Under the pieces are notes generated by a model. That model was given only the letters and a program-made list of their open reading frames with translations, was not told the origin of the DNA and ran no database searches. Source: the human T2T-CHM13v2.0 reference genome, Homo sapiens. From it: 64,000 nucleotides of DNA. Shown here piece by piece: positions 17,985-33,472 of this stretch. Numbering within the stretch: the stretch's first letter is position 1; each line of letters starts with the position of its first letter. The translations under genes were made by a program, and so were the position numbers. The stretch is from NCBI RefSeq assembly GCF_009914755.1, contig NC_060945.1, one strand, 5' to 3'.

Positions 17985-18855
17985 AAATTCTCTTAATTTA
18001 AATCTCTTTATCATTTTCTCTTTCTTATATATGTTTGTATATGTTCTATTATATATATATGCACGTGTGTGTATATATAACAAACAAAAATATTGCATTC
18101 AAGAAGAGAAAGCAAAGCATTTTAATTAAATGATTTATTGTAGAAAATAATAAATATATACATATATGTATATATTTATACACACACAAATAATATATAT
18201 AACCATGTCTGCTTCTCAAAAGGTGTGAGTTAATCACTTCATTTCAAAAAAATGTATACATGTATAAGGCTCCTAAAATACCATTCGAAAACAAGAGCCA
18301 TATGCTGTAGTAGATGATGGCACATCTGGAAACCAACTTAACGGATAACACTGAAGCATAGCGCTGAGCTTCCGGGAAGACTCTTTGTAACTGGACTTAA
18401 GTTTTGGAATCACAGAGGCAAATTCTGAAAAGATGGGTGAAATCCAATCAGATAGCACTTTATGATTTATCAGGTGTGGTTTGGCCAAAAAAGTGGAATA
18501 TGAAAAGAATTCAGAAAGTGTTTGACTTTAAATAAAATAGTTGTATCCAATTAAGCGGTAAAACAAAAGGTTGGAGATTGCAGACCTAATCATATGAAAA
18601 CAAAATTAGCAGTATTAATAAACACTGAATACTATGTTGGTTCCAAAACCCTTTCCATTTGAAGTGAATAGACTTAAAGTCCCCAGTGTCACAGAGACTA
18701 TCAAAGGGTTTGGTGACCTCAGACCTAAAGGATTCAGGTAGTTAGCTGACCTCTTACACTCTGACCCATTGGCCATGAAATTTGTAGTTAAAATTTTGAC
18801 AGGAACAGAACAGAAATCTTCTACATCAAAATCTCCAGTAGGCCTTAAAATGTAA

Positions 18856-20098
<1,243 letters not shown>

Positions 20099-21446
20099 TG
20101 TAAGCCAGTTAAGCTGTTGATTCAAAGAAAAGCATTGATTTCAGATACCTTTTCTTGGGAGTGTCAACCTCAACATTCTGATTTAAAAAAAAAAAAAGAA
20201 TAGAAGTTTAAGTTTGACTAATACTCTGGCCCACATGAACAGACAAGACATGGCCCCACTTGCCTTTCTTGGGCCTCCAGCAGAGGTCATAGCCATTTCC
20301 ATTCCTTACCATGACAGTCTGGGGGCAGGATCCGATATTGTGAGACCCAACCCTGTGCCTAATCAGACCATGGCAAGAGCCCAAAACGGACATACACTCA
20401 CTGGAATTTTTTAAATGTCACAGAGAGCCTGGGTGAGTGACCGTGGTCACAATTAAAAACACTCCTACAAAATTTTAGTCCAAGGCTCCTTATCACATAT
20501 TTCAGATTATATTCATCAAAACTGAGCACACCTAGAAAACAAAATCTACTGAATGAAGCCACTAAAATAAATAAAAATATGTGATCATCTTGTTGACTTT
20601 GGTGACATCATTATACTTATTTAATAAGTAGAACAAAAATAAAGAAGGTAGCATGTTCAGAATTTCCTTCTAGAAAAGTGAACTCAAGAGTCAACGTCAA
20701 CAGAGCTCAGTCTCGAGTAAATAAAATCTGGAATTTTGACAGCTACAGATGGTGACTGTTGTATTGGAAAGACCAAGGCAACAATTTGTCATTAGCTAAG
20801 AAATGATTGTCAGAGCCTAGAAAAACAAAACAATTGTATAAATCTGCATAAATCCATAATCCCTGGATTTTAAAGTGTGTGGCTTTGGTTAATGCTGTAG
20901 GCTCAAGTTCAGCTGAATCTTCAACCTTCAGTAGCTGCTACATCCCCATCCAGTGCCAAATCCCCTTGACTTAGCACTGCTATCATTTCTATTTCCTCTG
21001 GTACCACAGTTTACCTAGCCAAGGTCCCAGCCACTGGAGCTAACGCTGCCAAACCCAAAACTATAGCCCAAGGAAGAAGAGTTGAAAGCCTGCAAAGTCA
21101 AAATGGCCAGGCCTATATGCATCCCCATAGAGAAAACCCAAGCTGAGAGCCAAAGAGAGAATGGTACCATAGAAGCAGTAATAGAAGTTCCCAGAAGATG
21201 GAGTTTGACTCATTGTGTCCAGATTTGTAAATGAGGTTTATTGAGCAAGGAAGTTGCCAGAGCTTGATGCCTCTTCTCACAGGCACTAGAGGATAGGGCT
21301 TCACCAAGAGCCGTTCTTTCTTAACATCCACATCTGTTTATTTGGAAGATTGTCCTGTTAAAAGACAGGCAAATACATGTATGTATGTATGTATGTATAT
21401 ACAAAGTGAGTTTATATGAATACACAGCATGCTAGTGTTCCAATTA

Positions 21447-22025
<579 letters not shown>

Positions 22026-22219
22026 TCATTAACTTCTATTAGCATTTATATAATATGTTTGGCATATATCTCCCTGTACTTAAGGCTTCTCCTATAACTA
22101 ATGGTTTCAAATTAACATCTGACTGCAACATTTGGCAAAATGACTCCCGACTGCATATGTTTTTTGTCTATAAAGGTCAGATACCACAACACATTGCACA
22201 AGGAATAAACAATATATCA

Positions 22220-22440
22220 AGGTGATTGAGAGTCTGAGCTCTGAAACCAGGCTGCCTGGGTTGAATCTAACTCTCTCAACTACTTTGTCGGTGGGTTTGA
22301 GAAAATTTATCCTCTTTGCAACTTTTTAATTTGCATAATAGTAATAATAATAGTGCTACTTCCTAAGGTAGGATTGTTGTGAGGATTATATTTATTAATT
22401 CATAAAAGCTCTTAGAACTGTGCCAGCTCATGGTAAATTT
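22220..22440 (+). mobile_element. MIR
   Basis: gctctgaaaccaggctgcctgggttgaatc...gttgtgaggatt...cttagaactgtgcc. Confidence 0.65.
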
Positions 22441-22685
22441 TAAGTATGACTTCAAAAGTTGGAAGTTTATTTTCTTTTATACAGAGGTAGGCAAGGTGGG
22501 TAGACAGTTCTACCATCTCAGTACATAGATTCCATGTGGAGGTCTGAGTCAGCTGCTCCTAAATTTTGCCACATTATAACAGACAAGAAAGTTGCCAAGA
22601 GGAATACACAACCAGCTCTTTTAAGAATTAAAGCAGGGTGGGAGGAGGGTGCGGATTGAAGATCAACCCATCGTGTACTATGCTG

Positions 22686-22823
22686 AGGGACTAGATCGTG
22701 AGACTTCTCAGCCTACATAATTACAAGAGCCAATCCCTCATAATAAATCTCTTTTTGTATATCTATACTATATCTATGTTTATATCATAATGGTCTGTTT
22801 CTCTGAAGAATGCTGACTATATA
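22686..22823 (+). mobile_element. MLT2-like (ERVL) LTR 3' end
   Basis: gacttctcagcctacataatt...gagccaatccctcataataaatctc...ctgtttctctgaagaatgctgacta resembles the MLT2 terminus. Confidence 0.65.
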
Positions 22824-25273
22824 GAAACTGGTGCTGAGAAATCGGTGTTGCTATAACAAATACCTAAAAATGTGGAAGCAGCTTTAGAACTCAGTAAGGG
22901 ATAAAGGCTGGAAGAGTTCTGAGGTCCATTCTAGACAAAGTCTACATTGCTGTTGTGAGTGGACAAAATACAAACTGCTCTCACACACAACAATCAATAC
23001 ATAAGACTTCTATCACCAAATGTGTGGAGACCTCCCCCAACTAATAAGAAAGCAATCAGTTCTTCAGTGGACACCAGCTGAGTATCCTCCAATTCAGTTC
23101 TGATATTGTCTACCTAGAGATAGCATCAGATCCTGCAGGTTAAGGGCTCAGTCCCACAAGGCCATCTCCTACTTCCAACGCCAATTGCAAGCTCCAGGTT
23201 ATCTTCCCTGTGGTTCTGACCAACCAGCGATACCTTGGGGTTCCCATGATTCCCTCCTTGGGTTTAATTAATATGCTAAGGCAGCTCACAGAACTCATAG
23301 AAACACTTATGTTTACTGATTTACTACAAAGGATACAGATGAAGCGATGCATAGGGAAAGTTATAGGGGAAGGAGTGCATCGTTTTTATCCCCTCCCCAG
23401 GCACTCTACCCTCCAGGAAGCTTCAGATGTTCAGCTATTCAGAAGCTCTCCATACAGCCTTCTTTACAACCTCTTGGGCCTTTCATGAAAACTTCATTGG
23501 CTAGGCATAATTGAAGCATGGACGACCATGTAGAAATGTGACTGGACTAAAAAGCTATAACCTAGTACTAATAGACTGAGTAGGGAAATCCAGCAAGGCC
23601 TGCCTGCTCATATTTTCATTGGCTTTTCCTCTTTGTGCAGCATTCCTTCCCGCAGGGTATGAGCCCAAGCACCTCCTGAAATTAGGGTCTTATGACCTAC
23701 AATCAGACAAGGTAGGTCAGAGAATTTCTTTATAACCAGTTCCAAGATAGAAAAGTGGGGAAAGATTAGAGTATATTTTTAGTTTTATGGCCTGCCTTGG
23801 GGAAAAATAATAAGAGCTATTGGAGTTATGAGCCAGGAACCATGAACAAAAACTATGTCTATATAAAATCACAGCTGTGAATAGACCTATAAAGCAATTA
23901 TGGTGAGGACTTGGGAATAAAAGAGGAGACTTCAGTCTTCTTAGGTGATGTACAAATAATCCTGAAGAGAATGTTGGTAGAAATATGGATGGTAAAGGCT
24001 ATTTGAAGGAGATCTCAGATGAAAATGAGCACACGTTATTGGACAATGTAGAAATGGTGATCCTTCTTATAAAATGCCAAAGAATTTGCCTGAATTTGTC
24101 CATGTTCTAGTGTTTTGTGAAAGGCAGAACATGTGAGCAATTAGTTGAATATTTAGTTGATGCTATTTCTAAACAAATTGTTAAAAGCACAGCTTGACTT
24201 CTGACTTCCTATAGTAAAATATGGGAAGAGAGAAATTTCCTAAAGATGTCATTGTTAAGCAAAAAGGAAGCAGGTCTTAAAGATTTGAAAACTCTCAGCC
24301 TATCCATATTGCAAAAAAAAATGAGAAAGTGTATTCAAGAGAGAACACTAAGGGTGTGGCCAAGAGTCCCTTTGATAAGGAGATTAATATGGGTGTAAAA
24401 CATGAACTTAATAAGCCATTACAGCTGGATGCCAGCTTGAACAGAAGGGGAAGAAGATGGAAAGAAATAAAAGAAGGCTCTCAGACTTCTTGGATTTTAT
24501 AGGACAGAACTGTAGAGTCATTCAGCTGAGAATGTGCACTATTCTTTAAGAAAAGGGGAGCATGACCCCAAAGATGATTCAGGATCATCAGGGCTGCCTT
24601 TTCATTTTCAAAATGGGGGACCATTACCTTGTTTTCAACAGGCCAGACAGCCTCTGCCTGCAGCCAGGGGGATAGGGTCACCCAAAGCCATTTGGGAGAG
24701 GCCAACCAGACCTGTGGGCATGGGACCTCCCAGTAGAGCCCTAGGGCTGCAAACCCTGCCAGGTAGAGCTGGAGGTAAGGGGTCAGGACTTCCACCACAA
24801 TGGGTCTAGAAGATGGAACCACTGCCTCAGTAGGTCTAGAAGGCAGCACTCTTCCCCAGTGGGCCTGGAGCACAGAGCATCAAGCCGAAGAGGATTATTC
24901 TCAAGCCCTGAGATCTTGTGCCATTTTCCTTGTAGTTTGGACTTACACAGGACCTTTTACCCCTTTTGACTTTTTCTGTTTCTTCTTTCTGGAATGGAAA
25001 TGTCTGTCCTATACCTATCTCACCACTATATTTTGGAAGCACACACCTTATTTAGTTTCACAGGCTCACACCTGGAGAACAATTTGTGCCACAATGAATC
25101 ACACCTTGAGTCTTACCCATATCTGATTTAGATGATGTTTAGATGAGCTGTTGGCTTTTAGACTTTGGAGTTGATGCTGGACCAAGTTAAGACTTTTGAG
25201 GACTGTTAGGATGGAATTAATTTATTTTGCATGCAAGAAAGACCTGAATTTGGGGGAAGGGGGAGGGTTAGCA
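22824..25273 (+). mobile_element. MaLR internal region (MLT1A/MST-int-like), interrupted by a nested LTR
   Basis: Begins gaaactggtgctgagaa...ataacaaatacctaaaaatgtggaagcagc. Ends in a purine tract before the LTR. Confidence 0.7.
22954..23873 (-). mobile_element. MER21-like solo LTR nested in the MaLR internal region
   Basis: TG...CA termini. 5-bp TSD GCTGT at 22949-22953 and 23874-23878. MER21-like internal motifs. Confidence 0.72.
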
Positions 25274-25635
25274 TACTAGACTAAATCTTTGTGTCTCTCC
25301 AAAATTCATATGCTGAAATCCTAACCTCCAATGTGATGGTATTAGGAGGTGGGGTATTTGAGAGGTGATTAGGTCATGAAGGTGAAGCTCCCATGAATGA
25401 GATTAGTGCCCTCATAAAAAAAGACTCCAGAAAGCTTCCTTGCCATTTTCCACCATGTGAGGATAACGTGAGATGCACCATCTATGATGAGGAAGCAGTC
25501 CCTCACCAGACACCAAATCTGCTGGTGCCTTGATCTTGGAACTCTCATCCTACAGAAGTATGAGTAATAAATTTCTGTTGTTTATAAGACACTTAGTCTG
25601 TGATATTGTTATAGCATCCCAAAAGGACTAAAACA
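25274..25635 (+). mobile_element. MLT1A-like LTR
   Basis: aaaattcatatgctgaaatcctaacctccaatgtgatggtattaggaggtgggg...aataaatttctgttgtttataag. Confidence 0.82.
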
Positions 25636-26057
25636 ATCTCTCAGAAAGGTTTAAAAACATTCCATCCATGAAATAAGAGGAGGATGTTATTAAAAGGGGA
25701 AAGCCATAAAATAAAATTTTAAAACTCTTAAAAATAAATGATTGTTGAAATTCAAAACTTCAGCAACACATTGAAAAGATAAAGTCAGATGATTTTTCCA
25801 CATATTACAACAAAAATATAAAGGAATAGAAAATGTAAAAAAATGATAAAACATTAGGATCGTTCTGAGAGATCCAAAATATAACCAATAAATTTTTGAA
25901 AACAGGTGATGATCAGATGCATCTTATCAAAGAAATAATAGAAGAGAATTTTCTATAAATGAATGGACGAAAATCAGGAAAGAATGTTCCATAATATTCT
26001 GATTAAAATGATCCATTGAGTATCTAAAACGGTGACTAAAGAGAGATTTATATCTAC

Positions 26058-26662
26058 TGTTTCAGTTGTCTACTGCTGTATAACAAATCACCCAATAGTC
26101 AGTGGCATAAAACTACAACTACTTTATTATAATCATGGATTTTGTGGATGAGGAATTCATATAGAAGACAGTGAGGATGGCTTTACTCTTTTCCATGATG
26201 TTTTGGTTCTAAACTGGGAAGACTTGAATGGCTGGGAGTGATCCAAACAGCTAGAGAGTAGAATCCTCTTGAGGCTTCTCCACTCATGTTTCTGGTACTT
26301 GGGCTGGGCTGATCTTAAAGACTAAGTTCGGCCCAAGGCTGTCAACCTGATCACCTACACATGACTTCTATACAGGGCCATGGCTTTTTACAACAAGGCA
26401 GCTAGGCTCTGAGAACAACATGGAGCTTCCAGAGAGCTAGAGTTCCACAAGAACCAGGTGGAAGGGGCAAGGTCTTTCATGACTTAACCTCGGAAGTCAC
26501 CTAGTGTCATCTTCTATAAACTTTATTTGTTGAGGCAGTCTTTGACTTTATTTGTGACAAGCAGTGACAAGTCCAAATTCAATAGGAGAGAATATAAACT
26601 CCACCTCTCAATAAGAGAAGTATCAAAGAACTTAGAGGTCATGTTTTAAAATTGCAACTCTT
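26058..26662 (-). mobile_element. MLT1-type LTR
   Basis: Antisense MLT1 start (tactgctgtataacaaatcacc...agtggcataaaac). Confidence 0.65.
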
Positions 26663-27018
26663 ACATACATCACTATGAAATTTCATAATGCCAAGGATAA
26701 AAAGAAGATCCAATACTTCCAGGAAAGAAGGGGAAAATGATCACAAAGGAAAGACAGTCTGCTATTGCAATCGACTAATATTGCATTAAATAAACAAACA
26801 GCTAAAGACAGAGAAGGAAAACTGTCTATATAGTGGTAGAAAATTATTTTCAACCTCATATTCTATATCTAGTCCATCATTCAAGTTTGAGAAATAATAA
26901 GACATTCTCAGATGCATCCACCCGAATTCAGAAAACTTACAGTCTACACATCCTTAGGAATTACCATAAGAATTGCTCCAAGAAAACAAAGGATTTAAAC
27001 AAAGCCTGGAAGACACAG

Positions 27019-27286
27019 TGTCTAAGTTCATTTTATGTTGCTGTAAGAGAATACCATAGACTGGGAAATTTATCAAGAAAAGAGATGTATTTGGCTCATG
27101 GTTCTGGAGGCTGTGAAGTCCATGATTGAAGGGTCACATCTGGGAAGTGACTTCGTGCTGCCTCAGACACGGCAAAAGGTATCACATGGCAAAAGAGGAC
27201 AAGACAGGCTGAAAGTTCATGAGATAAAGAGAGAAAATGAGAGCTGAACTTCTTCTTTTATCAGGAGCCCATGCCAGTGATAACTA
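27019..27286 (-). mobile_element. MST-like MaLR LTR fragment
   Basis: gttgctgtaagagaataccatagactggg...tttggctcatggttctggaggctg. Confidence 0.72.
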
Positions 27287-27456
27287 AATGCGGCCCAAGA
27301 CAAATTCATAAACTTTCTTAAAACATTATGAGATTTCTTTTGCAACTTTTTTTTAACTCATCAACTATCATTAGTATTAGTGTGTTTTCTGTGTGGCCCA
27401 AGAAAATTTTTCTTCTTTCAGCGTGGCCCAGGGAAGCGAAAAGATTGAACATCCCT
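27287..27456. mobile_element. MER30-like hAT DNA transposon fragment
   Basis: gcggcccaagacaaattcataaactttcttaaaacattatgagatt...gtggcccagggaagcgaaaagattgaacatccctg. Confidence 0.78.
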
Positions 27457-28289
27457 GTCCTAAACCTTTTCTAATAATATTACCACTTTGAAAACAGCAC
27501 AGAGAAACAGATTTGAGCTTCACACTCCGATCTCTTTGTTGAGTCAACTTGCAATACAAAGCTTTTTTTTTCTTCCAAAATTCCAGTGTCATAGTATTGG
27601 CTTCTAGTGCATTGGACAGTGAGCTCCTTTTGTTCTGCAATAGAGCCTGGAAAGAATGTAGCCTTGCCAGTGGGCACCATTACCCCTGTTCCACGTAACA
27701 ATCACTACAATAAACAATGGCCTGCATGATGTAACTTGGCTTTTAAAAAAGAATAAGATGATGTCTTTATTTTATAAAACTAAATGCATGACATATAAAT
27801 ACAGACAGATGTTTTTCTTTTTCTCTTCCAGAGCACATAGGGTCACACACCTGTGGGAAGATGAAGTTAAGCAGGAGTAGGAGGAGTTTACAGTAGGAGT
27901 TTACAATAGTATTTTGGCCAGAGCTGTAGTGCCATTGGTAAGAACAGTCACAGAAACACCAGGAAACATGAAGGACATGCACATCATCCCCCATGACTTC
28001 TCCTTCAGAAGGTTCCAGACACTTCTTATCTTCAAAGGAGCTTATTTTACTCTTTGTGTCAACAAAGACCACAACTAGCTTATTAAAAACTTTCTCTTAT
28101 GAGGCTTAAAGTTCTTTTCTAACCAAAATGTTCATTTGAGTATCTCAAATGCTTGTTCTTATTTTTAGTATTTGAGGATTCCATGAGGAAAGTGAGATTT
28201 TTTTCCGGCGCTTATTCCTTAAATGCTTTTCATCTTTGCTGGTATTTCCTCCTAACCTTCACCTTTCCAGAGAGAAAATCCGTAATGCT

Positions 28290-28330
28290 TTTTCTTCTTC
28301 TCCTTCTTCTTCTTCTCCTTCTTCTTCTTC
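28290..28330. repeat. (CTT)n imperfect trinucleotide repeat
   Basis: Seen directly. Gives the poly-Leu in spurious ORF 28153-28404. Confidence 0.85.
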
Positions 28331-29759
28331 AGAAGCTAGCTTTCTCCTTGAATAATTTAGTTACACTTCATGTTTACCTCCTCTTACATCTTAAAATGCA
28401 ATGATATCTGTAAATAATGGTTCAAAAAAGAAAGAAACAAACAAAGTCAAACTAACACAATGTCTTATTCTTGAGGCATGTGAATAAATACTCCAGTTAG
28501 GGATTTGAGGTGGCTTTAGCGTAGCTGACAGAGGAAAAGATTCACTTAGGCCACACCTCCTTAACCTGTCCCTAGGCCTCCCTTCTCTAATCTCACACTC
28601 CTCACTAAGATCAGGATAAAACCTGAAATATCAATATGAGGACCATACTATTGAATGGCTAGAAACTGTTCTTCATCTCTCCACCTCTGGCGTTCACTAT
28701 GTTTCAGCAGAAAAAAAAAAATAAAGGTCAAAAGGACTGTTAGGTAGAATTGAATAGAAGAGAAATTTATTGAATCAGAATAAAATAAGGGTGGATTTTA
28801 AAGTGAAAATTTACATTTTATGATGAATACTTGAAAGTATTGTGTTAATAGAAATATATTAGGTTAGTAAATTCAGAAGGTTTTCCATCTTTTTAGGAAT
28901 AGTAAATGACACAAGATGAAGGAGCTGCTGTTTTCATTCTTGTGAATGAAGAAAATGTTAACTTTTGATGAAGTGGAGCAAAGGCAACATCCCATATTAA
29001 AGTTACTACAATAAGAAAATTTTGTGGTTAATTAAGCACATTGCCTTGCTACCTCTACATTGGGAAAGAGACTGAAAAAAAAAGTTGGGAAAAGTTTCTG
29101 AAGTAAGATCAGAACTGTGGATTGTGAATTTAAAAGACTGAACTGAATGGATTGTAAATTAAAAAGACTGAACTGAACCAGCCAGATCTAGAATTTTGGA
29201 GTAGCCTCTGTAAATAAATAAAATAATCATTAACACACACAGACCCTTTATTCAACCTGGTATCATTTTTTGCATGGAAAATAAACCCAGACTAGACATG
29301 AATTCATTCTCTCAGAGCTTTATAAATTGACTTGGGCTGTGAATGACGTGGTTGCTTGTTACCATAATTGTACTTAGTGTCCCTTAATGCCACCAGAGAG
29401 GAACAAGTTCACTGAGGGATCAGCACAGATGGAAGAAGAAGTTCTAACTGTCATTGAAACGTGTCTGAGCTCACAATGTGTATCACATTAATAGCTAGTG
29501 TGCTGAGCTAATACAATCTTGTACTATCCCAATAGAAATTCAATGTCAAGTTTTAGCTTTTCATCTGTACTGAGACCAGAGATAATCCTATGAGTGTTGC
29601 AGTATTATTTTTTTTCTAATGATTAGGTTGCTAAGCCATTATGATTTTAAATGGATTCTATTTTTCAATTAAATATAGTTGTATTTTGCCAATTACATTT
29701 TTAAAAAAAGAAAATTTCTTCTCAGTTTCTGAAGTTGTAAAAAAGTAGTTGAATAATAA

Positions 29760-30137
<378 letters not shown>

Positions 30138-30325
30138 TAATTATGGTTGAAATAACAATTAAAAGAACCAAATGCTAAACTTTTCCTAGGTGGTCCTTGC
30201 AATTTGCTTATTTAATTGGTTTGTTATAAGTACTGTCCTCTCAGTGGTTCCAAGGTTGTACATGATGTTTAACCTTGGATGTAATGCTTTCCAAACAAAT
30301 CAGACTAGAATGATCAAGGGAGATG

Positions 30326-30770
30326 GAGTGGGTTATAGCAGCCCCAGCAATACGTATCCAAATCCTAACCCCTGTACTCATGAATATGGCCTTTTTGGAA
30401 ATAGGGTCTTTGCAGGTGTCGCTAAGGATATTGAGATGATATCATCCTGGATTTAGAATCAGCCCTAAATTCGATGATGTGTATCTTTATAAAGACAGAA
30501 AAAGAAGAGACAAAGAGATACAAGACAAGGCCATGTGAAGACAGAGGTAGAGATTGGAGTGATGCTGCCACAAGGCAGATACCACCTAAAGCCCCCAGAA
30601 GATGAAAGAGGCATGGAAAGATTCTCCCCTACATCATTCTAAGGTAGTGTGGCCCTGTCTACACTTTGATTTCAGAATTCTGGCCCCACAACTTCGAGAG
30701 AATAAATTTTGTTGTTTTAAGCCATGCAGTCAGTAGTGGTTTATTACAGCAGACCTAGGACACTGATACA
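30326..30770 (+). mobile_element. MLT1B/C-like LTR
   Basis: tttggaaatagggtctttgcag...gccatgtgaagacagagg...aataaattttgttgttttaagcc...ctgataca. Confidence 0.8.
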
Positions 30771-30984
30771 GAAGGCATCATGGAAATACAGCATCTCAAT
30801 GCCACTTTGAAGAATGGGAGGAAACTCAGCAGGAAAGGGAATAAGAAAATATGTTTAGGTATGAAAATCCAGGACATTCATAGATAAACTCTGATTTTGA
30901 ATGAATTGTTCTGTTCCTACAAACAAATGGTCATATATAGATTGGAAAAGTAATTGTGGCCTGGTAGGGCATTGATTGTCAGCC

Positions 30985-31130
30985 ATATATATATATACAC
31001 ATATATATATACACACACATATATACACACATATATATACACACATATATATACATATATATACATATATATACATATATATACATATATATACATATAT
31101 ATACATATATACACACACATACACACACAC
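30985..31130. repeat. (TA)/(CA) compound microsatellite
   Basis: Repeated atatatac-type units. Confidence 0.9.
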
Positions 31131-31149
31131 AATACTTTATTAGGCAACA

Positions 31150-31385
31150 ATAGTACTTTACAGGTCTGTTTTGTTTCAAAGTTTACAAAAGGTCTTCACA
31201 TATTATCTCATTTAAATCCCACAGCAAACTTATGAATTAGGCAGCAAGGGTATTATTATATAAATGTTATAGGTAGAAGTGGATTCCCCTCCAGTTGTTA
31301 AGTAACCTCCTCAAGGTTGTGCACCTCATAAGTGGCTCCCAAGAATACGAATTTTTTACCTGAAATCCAACATTCTGTTCATTAC
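31150..31385 (-). mobile_element. MIR
   Basis: ttcacatattatctcatttaaatcccacagcaaacttatga...gttaagtaacctcctcaaggt. Confidence 0.6.
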
Positions 31386-31882
31386 ATCTTGATGATTTTA
31401 GTAAATGATAATGACCTTAAAAAGTATGATTATGAGATCACGATGGCGTAGTAAGAATATTAATTTGGATAAGAGGTTATAGTTAGGTAACCCTATTAGC
31501 CAGCTATTATGAGAGTCAGGTATGAAAGAATCAAGGCCTAGGTCAAGCTGGTCTCAATGCAGGCACATAAGAGCACATGAGGAAAATGCTGATGAAAAAG
31601 CGTCAAACTATGTTAAACTGTGTCCACCATGCCTTACCAATTTTGTCATATTTTCTTAAATCCTTTCCTACTTTGAATTTTCTATAAACATTCATTGCAT
31701 TCCTATATACTGAGATATATTATACTTTTTCTGGCTTCTCCATTTAGCATAACTTTCTGCATGCTTTGGTACATCTTTTTTTCTACAAAAGAACTAGCAA
31801 CAACTGAGAACCTCGTCTTTGCATCAGGTAGGATTTATCCTACATGAAATCTAACAAAAAGATTCCAGAATTAAAATTGGTT

Positions 31883-31885
<3 letters not shown>

Positions 31886-31915
<30 letters not shown>
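31886..31915. repeat. (CA)n
   Basis: Seen directly. Confidence 0.93.
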
Positions 31916-31917
<2 letters not shown>

Positions 31918-32194
31918 TGGATTAATCACCTAAACATATTGTACTCAAATGAGTTCAGATAAAATCCTCTGATGACATAAACCACTTACATTGAAAGAGA
32001 CTATAAGAAACTGTTATTGGCTTGGCAGATGGAGGGAGCAGATACACTAAGATTGAACTCCAAAATCTGAAAAATTCTTTCTTATACAATTAAAATTTTA
32101 AAATAGCAAGATTGGATATACCTTGATAGCTAAAAAAAAAAATAGTTTAGCTAACATAGCTACATTTTAACAAATATTACCCATGTCAGATTGA

Positions 32195-32197
<3 letters not shown>

Positions 32198-32235
<38 letters not shown>

Positions 32236-32295
32236 TATATATTTTTTATATATTTTATATATATTATAATATATATATTATATATAGTATATACA
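32198..32295. repeat. (TA)n / AT-rich tract
   Basis: Seen directly. Confidence 0.9.
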
Positions 32296-32356
32296 TCAGC
32301 ACATTGAGACTGAAATAGAACATACAGGAAAGAAACCAGCTTAACTTTCCTTCACT

Positions 32357-32654
32357 CAGCATTTTTCACATATATTTTACCTGGAATTTTTTTGATGGGG
32401 AGATAAAAGAGAAAGGAGGAGTATTTCTTTTTGATAATCCACGGAATTAGAGCTCCAGATAATGCTGCTCTAATATGTTTAGTCAACGTGCCTGCTGTGG
32501 AATAACAGCATTTTTCACATATATTTTACCTGGAATTTTTTTGATGGGGAGATAAAAGAGAAAGGAGGAGTATTTCTTTTTGATAATCCACGGAATTAGA
32601 GCTCCAGATAATGCTGCTCTAATATGTTTAGTCAACGTGCCTGCTGTGGAATAA
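32357..32654. repeat. Perfect 149-bp tandem duplication (2 copies)
   Basis: 32357-32505 is identical to 32506-32654 by eye. Confidence 0.95.
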
Positions 32655-33250
32655 CTATTTTCCTTTGTGCAAGTGGCAGCAGTTAGAAGCAAAATACTAA
32701 ACAATTCAAATAAATGACAAGATGTGCCAACCTTGTCGACTGAATTGGTGTCATTACTTTTTTCAAGAAATATAAGATTATGCACAGAAACTGAGAAAGT
32801 AAAAAGAGAAGATGAAAAGGGAAGAGAAAAAAATGCTGATATTTTTTAAAAAGTATTTGGAAAACTAGTTTTATCTTTCAATATTATGCAAACTATGTTC
32901 TGGATGAAAAACATCTAGGTTCTTCGCACTGAAGAAAAAAACGCAAGAAACAATATTGCAGAAATATAGATCTCAAGGTACAGCCAAAGAAGATTGTGAA
33001 GATTCCAGATCTACTTGCAAACTCTTCCATAGCTGCTCATTTCAAAAGAAAGTGTGATGACCAGTCAACACAATGTAGCATGTTCTCTGGTCCATAACTT
33101 CCAGACCCAAAGCTGCAGACCTCGGAAGCTGAGGGAAGAGGGTCCTAGTGATGACTCAGAATGGAATACATTGCGCCCATATATTTTTCTATAATAAAAC
33201 TGCAACACCAAGGTTTTGGGAAAATTATCAGTCCCCTAAGAGTACAAAAG

Positions 33251-33472
33251 CCCAGCCTGGCCAACATGGTGAAACCCCGTCTCTACTAAAAAACTACAAA
33301 ATTAGCTGGGTGTGGTGGCATGAGCCTGTTATCCAGCTACTTGGGAGGCTGAGGCGGGAGAATTGCTTGAACCCTGGAGGTGGAGGTTGCAATGAGCTGA
33401 GATCACAGCATTGCTTTCCTACCTGGGCAAAAAGAGTGAAACTCTGTCTTAAAAAAAAAAAAAAAAAAAAAA
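33251..33472 (+). mobile_element. 5'-truncated AluS
   Basis: Starts at ccagcctggccaacatgg. Poly(A) tail. TSD gtacaaaag. Confidence 0.9.

Noticed and set aside
28675-28697. Second possible CTCF motif (ctccacctctggcg)
   Set aside because: Several mismatches at core positions; too weak to call by eye.
30855-31235. YI/HT/CV dipeptide-repeat ORFs here and at 15.3, 16.7, 34.7 and 35.0 kb
   Set aside because: Translations of dinucleotide microsatellites, which lack stop codons.
32357-32654. Repeat-spacer or CRISPR-like array
   Set aside because: Just two adjacent copies with no spacers, in eukaryotic DNA with no cas genes.
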